This document shows, in pieces, positions 21,199 through 31,706 of a DNA stretch of 64,000 nt. Where the stretch lies: the IMG/VR virus record IMGVR_UViG_3300010354_000045, positions 64,001-128,000 of that record; one strand, 5' to 3'. The notes under the pieces are model-generated. The model had not been told where the DNA came from and searched no databases. It worked only from the letters and a program-made list of their open reading frames with translations. Made by a program: the position numbers and the translations under genes. Source of the stretch: a virus. How positions within the stretch are numbered: the first letter of the stretch is position 1; each line of letters begins with the position of its first letter.

Positions 21199-23391
21199 AT
21201 GTCATATCTAGTTAATTACACTGAAACGACAAATCCAGCTAAGCCTGCTATTACAGTTGCAGATTTGTCTCTTAATACACAAACAAGTTTAACATTTCCT
21301 GGAAAAAATTATGCAGGTTACGCTCCAGTCATAGCAGAAAATTTTTTACATTTGTTAGAAAATTTTGCTAAAAATACAGCACCGTCAAATCCAGTTGAAG
21401 GACAGTTATGGTATGACAATTCTGCTGGAGTAGAATTATTAAAAGTTTATGATGGGACTACTTGGAATCCTACAGGATCAGTTAAAAAAGCAGCAACCGC
21501 TCCTACAAATAATAGTGTAGGTGACTTATGGGTAAACACTGATTTAAAACAATTAAATGTTTGGGGCGGATCTAGTTGGCTTTTAGTTGGACCCGAATAT
21601 AGCACTGGATCGTTAACTGGCACTAAATCTGAACAGATTGTAGATGTTAATAATGTAACTAGAAATGTTGTTTCTTTTTATGTAGGAAATACTAGAATAG
21701 CGATAGTAAGTAAATCTTCGTTCACACCAAAAGCACAAGTTACAGGATTTTCAGTAATTAATAGGGGTTTTAATTTAACATCTATTAATATTGATGACAC
21801 AGATAATTCAGCAGCTAATACCAAGATGTGGGGCACTGCCAGCCAAGCTGAAGCATTATTAGTTGGTTCAAGCACTGTATCTGCTGAAAACTTTTTAAGA
21901 AGTGATGTATCAAGCACTTCAAATTTTCCAATTAACATTAGAAATAGTGGCGGTCTAAGCATTGGTACAGATCTATCATTTAATATAGGACAAGGCGCAA
22001 GTTCTACTATTTTATATAGTAAAACATCCGGAAAAAGTATCGAAATTAAATTAACTAATGCAGGATCTCCCTTTACTTCCATTTATCTAGATGCTACTGG
22101 TAAAATTGGAATGGGTGCAAATAACACTAGTCCGTCAGAAGTTTTAGATGTTATTGGAAACATAAAGACTACAGGAATTATTACTACTACGTCAACTCAA
22201 GAATCAACTGGATTAGGTATAGGAAGTATAGCCACAAGTGGTGGTTTATCTGTTACAAAAAAATCTAATTTTGGAGGTGACGCAACATTTGCAAGCCCTA
22301 TATATCTAAGTAATCTAACAGGTATAATTCCTAATGATAATGTAGCAGTAATTCTTCCAAGTTCTGATTCTGCTAGTGAAAAATATAATATTGGATCTCC
22401 TACTAGGAAATTTAAAAACATATATGCTACTAATTTTATTGGTAGTTTTAATGGCGCATTTACTGGTAGTCTAGCAGGAAATATTTCAGGGTCGGCAGCT
22501 AGTTTAGCAAATTCGACTACTTTTCAAATTGCAGGCGACGTTACTACTACGGCAGGATTGTCATTTAATGGAATTACACAAAACGGAACAGCAACATTTA
22601 ATACGGTTGTTAGTACCAGCGTAATAAGTGGTAAGACAGAAACAACAACATCTGAATCTGGTGATAAGTTATTGATCTATAGATCATCAGGCGGTGGAAA
22701 CTTATTTCAAACTTCTAAACAAACATTTTTATCAAATGTAGCTACGGTACCGGTAGGTACTATTTTACCTTGGGCTGGCCCAGTAAGTCAAATACCTTTA
22801 GGATATTTGTTGTGTGATGGTGGTGAAGTAGCAATTTCAGATTTTACTAAGCTATGGCAACTTATAGGTTATACTTATAGAGCACAGAGTGATTTAAAAG
22901 GATATCAAACTTTTGCTTTACCAGATCTGAGAGGTAGATTTCCTCTTGGTATAGATAGTATGGATAACCAGCGCGAAGTTTATGATAAAACAGCACCAAT
23001 TGGTGGTAATGGATTACCAACTGTAACTATAAATGCTGGCGGCAAACGCAACGGTGTCAATCCTGCAAGTGATCCTGCAAATAGAGTAACTGATGTTACT
23101 GCTGATGTACTCGGAGGATCGTCCGGTGTGCAAAGTGCTCAGCTTGCACTAGCAAATCTTCCTGATCATAAACATGATTTAAAATCTGGATCAGATCAGT
23201 TTTATGCTGCTGGCATTGCTGTATCAGGTAATCCTAATGCAGTACCTAATGCAGGTATAAGTGCGGGTAACGGCAGTCAAGGCATTAATAACAGCGGAAG
23301 TGTAATTGGAGGATCAGCAACACCAACTCCGCTGACGGTAATGAATCCGTATTTGGCAATTAATTATATTATTTTTACAGGTGAACTATAA
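21199..23391 (+). CDS. Tail fibre/baseplate protein with C-terminal tail collar domain
   Basis: Shared N-terminal GKNYAGY..ENFLHLLENFA..GQLWYD module; collar motifs VPVGTILPWAG, GYLLCDG, LPDLRGRFPLG and NPYLAINYII. Confidence 0.8.
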   Translation: MSYLVNYTETTNPAKPAITVADLSLNTQTSLTFPGKNYAGYAPVIAENFLHLLENFAKNTAPSNPVEGQLWYDNSAGVELLKVYDGTTWNPTGSVKKAATAPTNNSVGDLWVNTDLKQLNVWGGSSWLLVGPEYSTGSLTGTKSEQIVDVNNVTRNVVSFYVGNTRIAIVSKSSFTPKAQVTGFSVINRGFNLTSINIDDTDNSAANTKMWGTASQAEALLVGSSTVSAENFLRSDVSSTSNFPINIRNSGGLSIGTDLSFNIGQGASSTILYSKTSGKSIEIKLTNAGSPFTSIYLDATGKIGMGANNTSPSEVLDVIGNIKTTGIITTTSTQESTGLGIGSIATSGGLSVTKKSNFGGDATFASPIYLSNLTGIIPNDNVAVILPSSDSASEKYNIGSPTRKFKNIYATNFIGSFNGAFTGSLAGNISGSAASLANSTTFQIAGDVTTTAGLSFNGITQNGTATFNTVVSTSVISGKTETTTSESGDKLLIYRSSGGGNLFQTSKQTFLSNVATVPVGTILPWAGPVSQIPLGYLLCDGGEVAISDFTKLWQLIGYTYRAQSDLKGYQTFALPDLRGRFPLGIDSMDNQREVYDKTAPIGGNGLPTVTINAGGKRNGVNPASDPANRVTDVTADVLGGSSGVQSAQLALANLPDHKHDLKSGSDQFYAAGIAVSGNPNAVPNAGISAGNGSQGINNSGSVIGGSATPTPLTVMNPYLAINYIIFTGEL

Positions 23392-25253
23392 TGAGTTATA
23401 TTATAAACAAAACTGATGGTTCTACTCTAACAGAATTGGTAGACGGAACAATAGATCAGTCGACTACTGATTTAACTCTTGTTGGTAAAAATGCAGTTAC
23501 ATACGGTGAAGCATTTAATGAAAATTTTATTAAATTATTAGAAAATTTTGCAAATATATCAGAACCGTCAAATCCTATAGAAGGGCAGTTATGGTATGAT
23601 ACTGCTGATCAAAGATTAAAAGTTTATAACGGTTCTAGTTTTAAGGCTACCGGCGGAACAATTATTTCTAGTAGTATACCCTCATCAATTGCCGCAGGAG
23701 ATATATGGATTGACAGTCTAAGACAACAACTATATTTTAATGACGGTACTTCAACAAAGTTAGCCGGGCCAATTTATTCATCACAGCAAGGTATAAGTGG
23801 CTTTATAGTAGAAGAAATAATAGACACAAACAACTTGCCTCATAATGTTGTTTTTCTCTACGTTTCAGGAACATTACTAGGTCTCTTTAGCAAGGACAGT
23901 TTTACTCCTAGAAGTGCTATACCCGGATATGGAACAGATCCAACTACTTCTCTTTCTTATCCTATAGCAGTAGGATATAATGAAACTAAAATTTTAACTA
24001 ATAAATTTGATGTTGCTTCTAGTAAATCCTATGCACTGATACAAACAGATGGAACATTGAGAACTGCTGAAACGTTTTTATCTGGGATTGGTAATTCTTC
24101 TACATCAGGAACTATTTCTATTCAGAATACTTTACCTTTGGTATTAGGTGTTGGCGGCGCTGTTAACGGACAATCAGAAATTAGAGTACAAGGTAACGAA
24201 TTTCAGATTAATGCCAATACACAAAATCAAAATTTTAATATTAAATTATTTTATGCCACCCAATTAACATCAATGATGTTTATAAACGGTGCTCAAAAAA
24301 GAATTGGCTTATTTACAAATACTCCTACAACAAGTTTAGATGTTGACGGGGATGCTAGAATAAGAGGAAGTCTAACAGTAGAAGGAAATTTAACTACTAT
24401 TAGCACTACAAATTTAGAAATTACAGACAAATTAATTGAAATAGCCAAAACAGCAACCCCTACAGATGTTAATGCCAACGGCGGCGGAATATCATTAAAG
24501 GGCACAACTGACAAAACTATAACTTGGTCTAGTACAGGATCTAATTGGACCTCCTCAGAAAATTTTAATCTAGCTTCGGGTAAAACTTTTAAAATTAATA
24601 ATGTTGATGTGTTATCTGCAACTAGTCTTTTAGTAACCAGCGCACCCGGCATTACTTCGCTAGGTACACTAGTTAATCTAGATGTTGATCAACTAAATTT
24701 AAATAACTCGACTATTAGTTATGTAAATCCTTCGTCTAGTAACGGAACAATAACTTTAGCTCCAAAAGGAACAGGCACTGTAGATGTAAGTTCAAAAAAG
24801 ATTTCAAATCTTGCATTACCAGATGTTAGCACAGATGCAGCTAATAAATCTTACGTAGATTCAACGGTATCTACAGATACACAAACAGTTTCTTTAACTA
24901 CAACTAATTTAGTAAATACAGCTATTGCTGTGTTGTTAGGAAAAATATTTCCAGTCCCGAGTGAAAGATTACAGAATACAAAGGCCAGGGTTTTATGTTA
25001 TGATTTAGGAACAGACCCAAGTGCTCCTAACACTAGCACAATATATGCTACCGCAGCACAGACCGGAATTACATATGTAATTACTTCAATTAGCGGAACT
25101 GATTTTACAGCAATTGGCTCACCAAATAATAACGTTGGTCAAGTGTTTACTAAAAATAGTAATTCTGCATCCGGTACAGGAACAGTTACACCATACATAA
25201 GACAGTTTTCTGTTAATGCTGGTTTAATTTGGCAATTTGATACAAATTTATAA
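23391..25253 (+). CDS. Tail fibre/baseplate paralogue
   Basis: Same N-terminal module (GKNAVTYGEAFNENFIKLLENFA..GQLWYD); DAANKSYVD fibre motif. Confidence 0.7.
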   Translation: MSYIINKTDGSTLTELVDGTIDQSTTDLTLVGKNAVTYGEAFNENFIKLLENFANISEPSNPIEGQLWYDTADQRLKVYNGSSFKATGGTIISSSIPSSIAAGDIWIDSLRQQLYFNDGTSTKLAGPIYSSQQGISGFIVEEIIDTNNLPHNVVFLYVSGTLLGLFSKDSFTPRSAIPGYGTDPTTSLSYPIAVGYNETKILTNKFDVASSKSYALIQTDGTLRTAETFLSGIGNSSTSGTISIQNTLPLVLGVGGAVNGQSEIRVQGNEFQINANTQNQNFNIKLFYATQLTSMMFINGAQKRIGLFTNTPTTSLDVDGDARIRGSLTVEGNLTTISTTNLEITDKLIEIAKTATPTDVNANGGGISLKGTTDKTITWSSTGSNWTSSENFNLASGKTFKINNVDVLSATSLLVTSAPGITSLGTLVNLDVDQLNLNNSTISYVNPSSSNGTITLAPKGTGTVDVSSKKISNLALPDVSTDAANKSYVDSTVSTDTQTVSLTTTNLVNTAIAVLLGKIFPVPSERLQNTKARVLCYDLGTDPSAPNTSTIYATAAQTGITYVITSISGTDFTAIGSPNNNVGQVFTKNSNSASGTGTVTPYIRQFSVNAGLIWQFDTNL

Positions 25254-25266
25254 GAGAGCTTGAAAC

Positions 25267-26685
25267 ATGCCTTATGCTATAAACAATTATTTTGGAACTC
25301 AGGTAGCAACTGTTGCAGACGGCACAGTTAACAAAAACTTCTCTATTAGATTTATAGGAAAAAACTACTCTGGGTTTGGAGAATATATTAACGAAAATTT
25401 TTTACATTTGTTAGAAAATTTTGCAGGAACAACTGCACCTAAAGAAACTCCAGTTACTGGACAACTGTGGTATGACTCTACAGCAAGTTTATTAAAATTA
25501 AAATACTATACTGGGACCAAGTGGAGTTCATTGGCTGTTAATAACATAACTACTACTGCTAATAGTGTAGCACCGTCGGATTCTAAAGTAGGAGATTTTT
25601 GGTACGATCAACAGACAAATAGATTATCTATATATACTGGATCTGAATATGTTCTTGTAGGTCAACAGTCTGTTCTTGGATTTAATTCTACACAATTAGA
25701 AAGTACTAGTGTAAAACCAATTGATTCTGCTAATAAAAAAGCAATTATTAAAGCTAGTGTAAACGGGATAGTTTCTTACGTCATATCGTCAAATGCTGAA
25801 TTTACTTTAGATGGAGTTGTTAATGCCATTGACGGATTTACAGTTATCAAACCTGGCATAACTTTAAGAAATAGTTCTACCGGTGTAACTTCTAGCAATG
25901 ATAGATTTTGGGGAACTGCCAGTAACTCTGATAAGCTAGGCGGGTTGGCAGCAAATGCCTATGCATTAGCTTCGGGTGGAACATTTACATCTGCTGTATC
26001 TTTTGCAGATACTGGGTTTACTGTAGGCACAGAATTAAAGATTTTTAATGATCAATCTACAGAACCTACAATACAAAATTTAATTGGAAATAAAATTATT
26101 TTTAAAACTAGGTATAATAATGCTGATGTTACTCCATTACAGATAGTAGATAGAGATTTACTACCCGGAGTTAATAATTTTACAAATCTTGGCTCTCCTT
26201 CACTAAAGTTTGCTAACATATATGCTGGAAGCATTTATGGTATATCTGAAAAAGCAGATTCTTTAAATGTTGGCGGAGTCTACAGAACTGCTAGCACAGC
26301 GTCTGGACCAAACACAATTGTTGTTAGAGACGGATCAGGAGTTATTGCAGGGTCAGTTCAAAGTGCAAATGAAGCAGTGAAATTAAAAAATCCTAGAAAT
26401 ATCAACGGAGTTACATTTGACGGAACTCAAAGCATTGAAATACCATTTGATGCAAGTTTACTAGGCGGAACTACTATTAAATCGACGGTAGTTAACTCAA
26501 GTTTAACTAGTGTAGGTACATTGACTAATTTAAGAACTTCTGGATATATGAAAATGCCGGTTTATACTAATGAAACAGCTAGAAATTCTTCTATTACATC
26601 TCCTGAAGAGGGTATGGTTATTTTCTTAAGTAGTACTAAAAGATTTCAAGGATTTAATGGAACATCTTGGGTAGATTTACACTGA
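25267..26685 (+). CDS. Tail fibre/baseplate paralogue
   Basis: Same N-terminal module; PRNINGVTFDGTQSI and SSLTSVGTL fibre motifs. Confidence 0.7.
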   Translation: MPYAINNYFGTQVATVADGTVNKNFSIRFIGKNYSGFGEYINENFLHLLENFAGTTAPKETPVTGQLWYDSTASLLKLKYYTGTKWSSLAVNNITTTANSVAPSDSKVGDFWYDQQTNRLSIYTGSEYVLVGQQSVLGFNSTQLESTSVKPIDSANKKAIIKASVNGIVSYVISSNAEFTLDGVVNAIDGFTVIKPGITLRNSSTGVTSSNDRFWGTASNSDKLGGLAANAYALASGGTFTSAVSFADTGFTVGTELKIFNDQSTEPTIQNLIGNKIIFKTRYNNADVTPLQIVDRDLLPGVNNFTNLGSPSLKFANIYAGSIYGISEKADSLNVGGVYRTASTASGPNTIVVRDGSGVIAGSVQSANEAVKLKNPRNINGVTFDGTQSIEIPFDASLLGGTTIKSTVVNSSLTSVGTLTNLRTSGYMKMPVYTNETARNSSITSPEEGMVIFLSSTKRFQGFNGTSWVDLH

Positions 26686-26694
26686 TAAAAACAT

Positions 26695-26702
26695 CATAAA
26701 TA
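26695..26702 (+). promoter_or_regulatory. Putative late promoter CATAAATA
   Basis: Intergenic TAAATA, 25 nt before an ATG that has an AAGGA RBS. Confidence 0.55.
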
Positions 26703-26727
26703 TACAAGCAACAAGGAAAAGAGCGAA

Positions 26728-28278
26728 ATGGCATATACTATAAACAAGTACAATGGAGCACAACTAACAGTCGTAGCTGACGGTACTATAGACACTACCT
26801 TAGATATCAAGCTGATTGGTAAAAATTATGCTGGATACGGCGAAGTTCAAAATGAAAATCTTGTGTTCATGCTTGAAAATTTTGCTAACGCTTCTCCACC
26901 GCCTAGGCCAATTTCTGGACAATTATGGTACGATACAGGATCTAGTAAATTAAAATTTTATGATGGTAGTAAGTTTAGAACAACTGGCGGGGCCGAGGTA
27001 AGTACAACTGCTCCTACAGGATTGACAGAAGGCGATTTTTGGTTTAATACTGCTACAAGACAATTATTTGCTTGGAGTTTAACCGGTGCTGCTAATGGAA
27101 CTGCTCCTGGATTTGTTCTAGTAGGACCACAATCAGTGGCAAACGCTGGAACTACTCAAATGAGGTCAAGAACTGTTGTTGGTCGTCCAGTAGGTAATCC
27201 AGCCGGCACCCCTTTTAATAGACCAATTATCGAAGCTGTAGTAAATGATGCAACTATATTCATTATTAATCCAGACGGTGACTTTGATCTTGATTCCACT
27301 AACCAAATAACTGGTTTTACAACAATTAAACAAGGGGTCACACTTTGTTATACAACAACAGGTGGGGGGAGCCTAGGACAAACTACATCTAGTCATAGAT
27401 TTTGGGGAACTGCTAGCAATGCAGAGCGTTTAGGTGGATATTTAGCTAGTGATTTTTCTAGATCCAATAATGCAGCATTTACAACATTAGTAAGTTTTTC
27501 TGATGCTGGTTTTACTGTTGGTGATGTTCCTAGATTGAGGGTGTTTAACGAAAGTGCATTAGTACCTACTATTCAAAATCAATTAAGTGATAAAATTGTA
27601 TTTCAAACAACAGTAGCATCGGCAACTAAAGTACCAATGCAATTAATTGGATTAAATATACTTCCGGGTACAGATGGCACAAATGACATTGGATCTTTAA
27701 CTGCTGGGGCAGGTAACACTCCATTAAAGTTTAATAATGTATACGCTGCTAATTTTAAAGGACTTGCAGATTCAGCTAGTGCTCTAAGATTTAGTGGATC
27801 GGATATTTTCCCTGTAGATGCAGTAGGTGGTGGCGGAGTTACAACAGTAGCAGTTAGAGACGGAGTCGGCCATATTAAAGCTGTTCAATTTAACGGTGTT
27901 GCACTTCAAGCTCAATACGCTGACTTAGCTGAAAAATATCTCGCCGATCAAGAGTACGAACCCGGAACTGTTGTTACAGTCGGTGGAGAAAAAGAAGTAA
28001 CTCAGTCATCGAACGGATCGTTGGCAATTGGAGTAGTATCGACTAATCCTGCTTTTAAAATGAATAGTGATCTTGAAGGTGGAACATATATTGCACTAAA
28101 GGGTAGAGTACCAGTAAAAGTTTTTGGACCTATTAGAAAAGGAGAACACCTTTTAGCCGGCCAAGAAGGGTGCGCTGTGGCCGCAGGTTCATTATTGCAA
28201 TCTCGATTAGTATTTGCAGTTTCTTTAGAAGATAATACTAGTGATGGAATAAAATTAGTCGAATGTGTAATTCTCTAA
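26728..28278 (+). CDS. Tail fibre paralogue with C-terminal peptidase G2/intramolecular-chaperone-like domain
   Basis: Shared N-terminal module; C-terminal ADLAEKY..GTVV..GVVST..IALKGRVPVKV.G.I.KG motif. Confidence 0.65.
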   Translation: MAYTINKYNGAQLTVVADGTIDTTLDIKLIGKNYAGYGEVQNENLVFMLENFANASPPPRPISGQLWYDTGSSKLKFYDGSKFRTTGGAEVSTTAPTGLTEGDFWFNTATRQLFAWSLTGAANGTAPGFVLVGPQSVANAGTTQMRSRTVVGRPVGNPAGTPFNRPIIEAVVNDATIFIINPDGDFDLDSTNQITGFTTIKQGVTLCYTTTGGGSLGQTTSSHRFWGTASNAERLGGYLASDFSRSNNAAFTTLVSFSDAGFTVGDVPRLRVFNESALVPTIQNQLSDKIVFQTTVASATKVPMQLIGLNILPGTDGTNDIGSLTAGAGNTPLKFNNVYAANFKGLADSASALRFSGSDIFPVDAVGGGGVTTVAVRDGVGHIKAVQFNGVALQAQYADLAEKYLADQEYEPGTVVTVGGEKEVTQSSNGSLAIGVVSTNPAFKMNSDLEGGTYIALKGRVPVKVFGPIRKGEHLLAGQEGCAVAAGSLLQSRLVFAVSLEDNTSDGIKLVECVIL

Positions 28279-28284
28279 TAAATA
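28277..28284 (+). promoter_or_regulatory. Putative late promoter AATAAATA
   Basis: TAAATA upstream of the ATG at 28312; the A-rich context lowers specificity. Confidence 0.4.
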
Positions 28285-28311
28285 AAAAAATATTGAAAAA
28301 AGGATCTTAAA

Positions 28312-29628
28312 ATGCCAACAGGTGTAGGACAAAAAATAGAAGCGCAGCATTATAATGATATACAAGGTATCATTAATCCGATATTAGGTCGTTCGTATAA
28401 TCCTTTCAATGCTGCATATAATTTAGGATATGATAATGTACCTGTTGCATCTCAAGTAGCACAACTTGCTATTATTAGTGCTCAACAATGGGCTAATTTA
28501 AGAACTGATATTTCTAGAGCCAGGGGCCATCAAACAGGAACAGATTTACTTGCTGCTGCCACCCCGGGCGCATTAACAGTACCGAATCCAAGTGTGGCAA
28601 TTACTGCAACCATTTCTGGAACTACTATGACAGTAACTGCTGTTACTGGCGGAAATATTCAATTAACATCAGAATTAACATTTACAACTAACGGTCAACC
28701 AATAGGCGGTGCCGGAACAAAAACAACTATAGTTTCTCAAACTAGTGGAACTTCTGGTAGCACAGGAAATTATACAATTAGTCGTACTTTATCAATAGGC
28801 GTGGCCACTGCTATAACTGCTACGCTTTTTGTTAAGATATCCGAAGCAGATAGAAGTGCATATCAGGTTATGGCAGAAGCAGCTAGAGACAACAGATTAA
28901 TTGGTCCCGGAGCAAGCATTAATCAAATTCCTGGAACACGAAGTGCTGTTGTAAATCTTTTTACACCCAGTGTTAGAACTGCGGTATGGAATGGAACAGT
29001 GCAAGAAACAATTACAGTTAGATTTCCTGCTGAAACTAGCGGAACTGTTCCTAACACTCAACCACCCGGTCATATAAGGGCTTTTTTTAATACAGGCGGA
29101 GAAATACTTTTTTCAGCATCGTTTGTACCAAATAATTCAGAAACAAAAAATACATCTTGGCAAACTTTATGTAGTCAATTAGGTACGATCCGATTTGGTA
29201 GAGATGCAATTGATGCAGGGTCTAACACTTCAATAACAACAGTGACAACAGCAGCAGTTGGTTATAGTAATCTAACACAATCAGGTTCACCTCCGGCACT
29301 TCTAGTTGAAAGAAAATTAGTGCAAGTTACTACAAATCCACCAGCTGATGTAGGAAATTATTTTCCAAATTCTATTAGATTGTACGGGTTTAAAACATTA
29401 AATTCTGGCGGTTACGATATTCTAACGTTTTACTTGCAATTTAGAGACGATGCTGCCGCCGACACACCACCGACTCCGGCAGTGTTCCCTGACACACCTA
29501 TAGACGAAGATGTCAATGGAACGTTAACATCAACTGTTTCTTGTCGTTATGCTGCTAATGCAACTTATATTCAAGTAAGTCCTCCAACTAGCGCAAATAC
29601 CGGTTCAAGCACAACCGGAATTGTCTAA
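28312..29628 (+). CDS. Virion structural protein (Thr/Gly-rich, tail-associated)
   Basis: Structural operon; beta-rich, RAFFNTGGEI motif. Confidence 0.55.
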   Translation: MPTGVGQKIEAQHYNDIQGIINPILGRSYNPFNAAYNLGYDNVPVASQVAQLAIISAQQWANLRTDISRARGHQTGTDLLAAATPGALTVPNPSVAITATISGTTMTVTAVTGGNIQLTSELTFTTNGQPIGGAGTKTTIVSQTSGTSGSTGNYTISRTLSIGVATAITATLFVKISEADRSAYQVMAEAARDNRLIGPGASINQIPGTRSAVVNLFTPSVRTAVWNGTVQETITVRFPAETSGTVPNTQPPGHIRAFFNTGGEILFSASFVPNNSETKNTSWQTLCSQLGTIRFGRDAIDAGSNTSITTVTTAAVGYSNLTQSGSPPALLVERKLVQVTTNPPADVGNYFPNSIRLYGFKTLNSGGYDILTFYLQFRDDAAADTPPTPAVFPDTPIDEDVNGTLTSTVSCRYAANATYIQVSPPTSANTGSSTTGIV

Positions 29629-29643
29629 TATCTGATAGTTAAA

Positions 29644-29684
29644 AGATAATTATGTAGTGTTATTAAAACTCTACAGGTTTATCT
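29644..29684 (+). promoter_or_regulatory. Late-promoter-like GATAATTA within a long hairpin that covers the RBS of 29685
   Basis: agataa 29644-49 pairs with ttatct 29679-84, tgtag 29653-57 with ctaca 29671-75, and gtt with aac; the SD-like AGGT is in the 3' arm. Confidence 0.5.
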
Positions 29685-30035
29685 ATGGACGAAAAAATTG
29701 AAAAAGCATTGTCTGTAGCCAATTATATGGCTACACTTTCTAATCAAAGAAGGATCATCTTTGAAGAATTTAATCAAAAAACTTTGTATTATATAAACGG
29801 TGCAACCTTTAAAATTACACCAAATTTAATTTCTCATGCTAAAACTACAGTTGATCTAGGTTATACTTCCGACGTAGCATTTTTAGATTCAAATAACTTT
29901 CCAATTATTATAAATGATGTTCAAAAATTTCTTGAAGATATCCAAGAAATTTATTTTTCTGCATTAAATGAATACGCAGTCAAGTATACAGATATAAAAT
30001 CTAAAAGAAAAATAGACGATATTATAAATCTATGA
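29685..30035 (+). CDS. Hypothetical protein (possible fibre assembly chaperone)
   Basis: 116-aa ORF leading a translationally coupled cluster. Confidence 0.45.
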   Translation: MDEKIEKALSVANYMATLSNQRRIIFEEFNQKTLYYINGATFKITPNLISHAKTTVDLGYTSDVAFLDSNNFPIIINDVQKFLEDIQEIYFSALNEYAVKYTDIKSKRKIDDIINL

Positions 30036-30880
30036 ACGTTGGCGCTGTTATAATTGCTCAAAATAATCAACTAATTGATTATACTAAGTTGGCAGTTTTT
30101 TCTGCTAGTAGGGTAAAAAAATATTTAGGTATACCTGTATCGTTAATTACAGATAATGTACAATGGTTATCTGAAGAATATCCAAACCACCCTTTTGAGA
30201 ATGTAATAGAGATACCGTTCTATGATGTTTTTTCTATGAAAGAATTCAATGACGGCTCTTTCTCGGCATCAACTCACGAATGGAAAAATTTATCTAGGCC
30301 TAAAGTCTACGAATTGTCTCCTTATGATAAGACTCTTGTTATCGATAGCGATTATATTATTTGTTCTGATAATTTAAAAAATGCTTTGGATTTAGATTAT
30401 CATTTGCAGATTTATAAAACTAGTTTAGATTTAGCCTATTTAAGAAACACAGGAGAGTTTGATAGAATCAATTGTTATTCTATACCATTTTATTGGGCAA
30501 CAACTTTTATTTTTCAAAAAAATTTAGTTACTGAATCTTTTTTTAATTTAGTGTCGTATATTCAAACAAATTGGTTATATTTTAGATCATTATATAATAT
30601 ACAGAGTCCTGCATTTAGAAATGATTTTGCTTTTAGCATAGCAATACATATCATGAACGGAAAGACCAATGGGGAATTTGCTATTGATCTTCCAGGTAAA
30701 ATGAATTTTTTATTAGATAAAGATTTTCTAATGTCTATAGATAACGATAAAATAAAATTTCTTGTAAGTAAAAAAGATCATTACGGAGAATATATTTTAG
30801 GATCTACAAAAGGATTAGATGTTCATGTTATGAATAAACAAAGTTTAACTAGAGTTATTGATGGGGTATTAGGTGTCTAA
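30032..30880 (+). CDS. GT-A fold glycosyltransferase (GT8-like)
   Basis: SPYDKTLVIDSDY DxD motif; RNDFAFSIA. Confidence 0.7.
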   Translation: MNVGAVIIAQNNQLIDYTKLAVFSASRVKKYLGIPVSLITDNVQWLSEEYPNHPFENVIEIPFYDVFSMKEFNDGSFSASTHEWKNLSRPKVYELSPYDKTLVIDSDYIICSDNLKNALDLDYHLQIYKTSLDLAYLRNTGEFDRINCYSIPFYWATTFIFQKNLVTESFFNLVSYIQTNWLYFRSLYNIQSPAFRNDFAFSIAIHIMNGKTNGEFAIDLPGKMNFLLDKDFLMSIDNDKIKFLVSKKDHYGEYILGSTKGLDVHVMNKQSLTRVIDGVLGV

Positions 30881-31706
30881 AGGATTTGTTGTATTAGCAC
30901 AAGGTGAGTCTTATATTAGGCAGGCTTATGCATTGGCACTGTCAATTAAGTTTAGTCAAAAAACTTATAAGAATATTTCTATTATCACTAATGACGTAGT
31001 ACCGGATGAATATCAACATATTTTTGATAAAATTATCACAATACCTTGGGGTGATGATTCTAATCAAAGTAGATATCGTGCTGAAAATAGATGGAAGATT
31101 TATCATGCAAGTCCTTATAATGAAACAATAGTACTTGATACCGACATGTTAGTCCTTGAAGATATATATTCATGGTGGGATTACTGTTCAAAATATCCAA
31201 TTCATTATTGTTCAAATATTAAAAATTATAAATTAGAGTCTGTAATAGATACTATTCACAGAAAGGCATTTATTCATAATAAACTAACAAGTCCATATTC
31301 AGCATTGCACTATTTTAAAAAATCTGACGAAGCATGGAATTTTTATAAAACTTTAGAATTTGTTTGTAAAAACTGGGAATATTGTTATACCATCTTTGCG
31401 CCAAATGAATATCAAAATTGGCTTAGTATGGATTTAGCTGCGGCTATTGCTATAGAAATAACAGGTATGCATAATATAGCAATAGGTAAATTTTCACCTT
31501 TAGAGTTTGTTCATATGAAAATACCTTTACAAGGATGGACTATGATTCCCGAATCATGGAAAGATAATGCACCTTATTTTTTAAATTCTAAGGGTGATTT
31601 AGTAGTAGGGAATATTAAACAAACAAAGATTTTTCACTATGTAGAAAAAGAATTTTTAACCAATAGGATCATTTTTCAATTTGAAAGATTATTAAATAAT
31701 GAATGA
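30873..31706 (+). CDS. GT-A fold glycosyltransferase (GT8-like), paralogue of the preceding gene
   Basis: SPYNETIVLDTDM DxD motif; FVHMK and FHY motifs; GTG start overlapping the upstream gene. Confidence 0.7.
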   Translation: MSKGFVVLAQGESYIRQAYALALSIKFSQKTYKNISIITNDVVPDEYQHIFDKIITIPWGDDSNQSRYRAENRWKIYHASPYNETIVLDTDMLVLEDIYSWWDYCSKYPIHYCSNIKNYKLESVIDTIHRKAFIHNKLTSPYSALHYFKKSDEAWNFYKTLEFVCKNWEYCYTIFAPNEYQNWLSMDLAAAIAIEITGMHNIAIGKFSPLEFVHMKIPLQGWTMIPESWKDNAPYFLNSKGDLVVGNIKQTKIFHYVEKEFLTNRIIFQFERLLNNE

